From Botryllus schlosseri (Eukaryota), in assembly GCA_051294905.1 (NCBI GenBank), contig CM119371.1, forward strand, positions 11,844,001-11,908,000: a DNA stretch of 64,000 nucleotides, given 5' to 3'. Made by a program: the position numbers and the translations under genes. The notes below the pieces were generated by a model. That model did no database searches, was not told the origin of the DNA, and saw nothing but the letters and a program-made list of their open reading frames with translations. This document shows positions 62,308 through 64,000 of the stretch, piece by piece. Within the stretch, counting starts at the first letter, position 1. The number at the start of each line of letters is the position of its first letter.

Positions 62308-63773
62308 CTCCAAGCCAGCCTCGGCGATTCCCTGCAGGTCAAAACGTACACTCAACTCATACGTATTGTATTGTACAAATTGGCACAACACAGTGGAGCT
62401 TATTGCCTTTTTAAGCCTTGTGCTCCACGACATAAAGTTCATGGGCAATGTTCCCCCTAAGCTGCTCACGTGCGCAATTGCGCAGTGCTGACACGGTCTA
62501 TGCGCACAGAAAACCTAAGCTGCGCACAAAAAAACCGAAATGATGACCTTTTTTTAGTCGTTACGCACTGTTGTCCAAGGGACGACGCAGTGAGTTGGTG
62601 GGTTGAATTTAAGCTTGAATTAGGGTAAGGCTTGGGGTTAGGATATATAGAGGGTAATTTCAGGGTTATGTTTCGGGTTAGGTATAGTTTTGGGGTTATA
62701 AAGTTACATGCTGAAGTGAAGCATGCTAAAGTGTCCCATGCTCAACTGTCGTTTTCCATTGTGTTGCATGCTCATGTCGGGCCACCCTCGATAATGCCTA
62801 GTTTCTGAAACCACCTATAGTTGAGTACTACTCAAACCTACATTTCTACTCCCCTAGAAGTATCCTAAACACGCCTTGCTGAGCTGATGATCATGATGAT
62901 ATGAACGGGATTTGGAAATCATAAATCAGGTCATCATTCCTGTCGCAAATTTTAACAATTCCCTAAACCCCTGAAAATGCTTTACGGATCCCCAGTTTGG
63001 AACCGCTGGCTAGAACACGCCAAATTAAGCTACATTTGAAACCTATCTTGCGGCCATATACCATTCGAATTTGCCATCTCTTTGGAAAACCGATTGACCA
63101 TCGTCTCTGCTCTGTGTATGGAAGTGGTTCTTAACCTTTTCATCTTCTCGGATTTCTTTGGACCATCATGGACCCACGCGGACCCTCACAATTTTAGTTC
63201 AAATTTAGCTCCATTATGGTGCAGCCGTCATCAGTCTTGTGCGAAATTTAACTGTATACTGGTGATAAACAGCAACAAAAGGACTTTCCTTGAAAATGAC
63301 GACGGACTCTTACTAATTTGAATCGTACTCTGCAGCCGCATGTCTTGAAATACGTGACTGTCTGGATCTTGCCGCACCCCTCCATGCTGTCGCGTAAATA
63401 CTAAGCGCCAAGAAGGATACCAGCGTTACTAACCAGGTCTTTGGTCAGACCCGGCCGGGGATTGAACCCACGACCTACCGATCAAGAAGCAGGGCGCTTC
63501 ACCATTGGGATTACTCGCATTGGTTTTTGTCATTCCAAGTTATATACTTCGTTGAGAGGGTACTAGGAACTGCTAGACTTGCATGTAGATATACAGAGTA
63601 GGCCTAAGTGAACACATTTTATTCAGGCGTACGAATCCTACATTCAGATATCAATTTATTGAAAACCCAACTCAATCATTTATTGCAAGATCGCGGATTC
63701 AATGAGCATAGTTCTGTTCATTTCAGTTATATGGAATATATAATATTAGTCTCTCGGAAATAAAGAAAAGATT

Positions 63774-64000
63774 ATGTACGCGCAGAAAGAAAGTTCGCCC
63801 GGCGATATTTTGGCAAAAGTAAGAATGTGTTTTGATTTTCGTAAACTACCTCAAATGTACTTATCTTCATCATCATCATGTTCCAAGCACTATCAATTGA
63901 ATATGCGGGTTTCAAATAGTGCAAATGTTTTATAAGTACTATTTTATTGCAGCGAGCCCATGCGGTTTGAGAACAGCGACTCGGAGCGAGCCCTGGCTGA
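63774..64000 (+). pseudogene. Orphan gene copy 3 (partial, runs off the window; frameshifted)
   Basis: Exon 1 (63774-63818) is 45 nt versus 50 nt in copies 1 and 2, giving a stop 6 codons into exon 2 (which starts at 63953); the upstream TATA region is deleted. Confidence 0.75.

Noticed and set aside
61928..62700. Telomere-like CCTAAT and TTAGGG-like repeats
   Set aside because: Degenerate and internal to MITE-like elements; not a telomeric array.

Overview
AT-rich, intron-containing animal (invertebrate-type) genomic DNA. Introns of 50-80 nt and fibrinogen-domain genes suggest a marine invertebrate such as an ascidian, but that is only a guess. About half the window is transposon-derived: many hAT-type MITEs with 8-bp TSDs (often nested), remnants of Chapaev, hAT, Penelope, I-group LINE and tRNA-SINE elements, and one full-length Ty3/Gypsy LTR retrotransposon (14737-20641, minus). 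The Gypsy element has intact gag and pol joined by a UUUAAAC -1 frameshift plus a predicted pseudoknot, but has no TSD. Host genes assembled by hand from splice sites: (i) a 3-exon ~120-aa orphan gene in three segmentally duplicated copies (two open, the third decaying); (ii) a secreted, N-terminally truncated fibrinogen-domain gene plus an inverted fragment of a paralogue; (iii) a tandem pair of dCMP-deaminase (DCTD)-like units with matching intron positions, the first catalytically intact (HAE...PCxxC) and the second a zinc-ligand-retaining pseudo-deaminase (HAP...PCxxC), either two genes or one two-domain protein. The window also carries many TAGGCCTA/TAGGCTA/TAGCCTA micro-insertions that look like DNA-transposon excision footprints. 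All exon models and counts are manual; no database search was possible.
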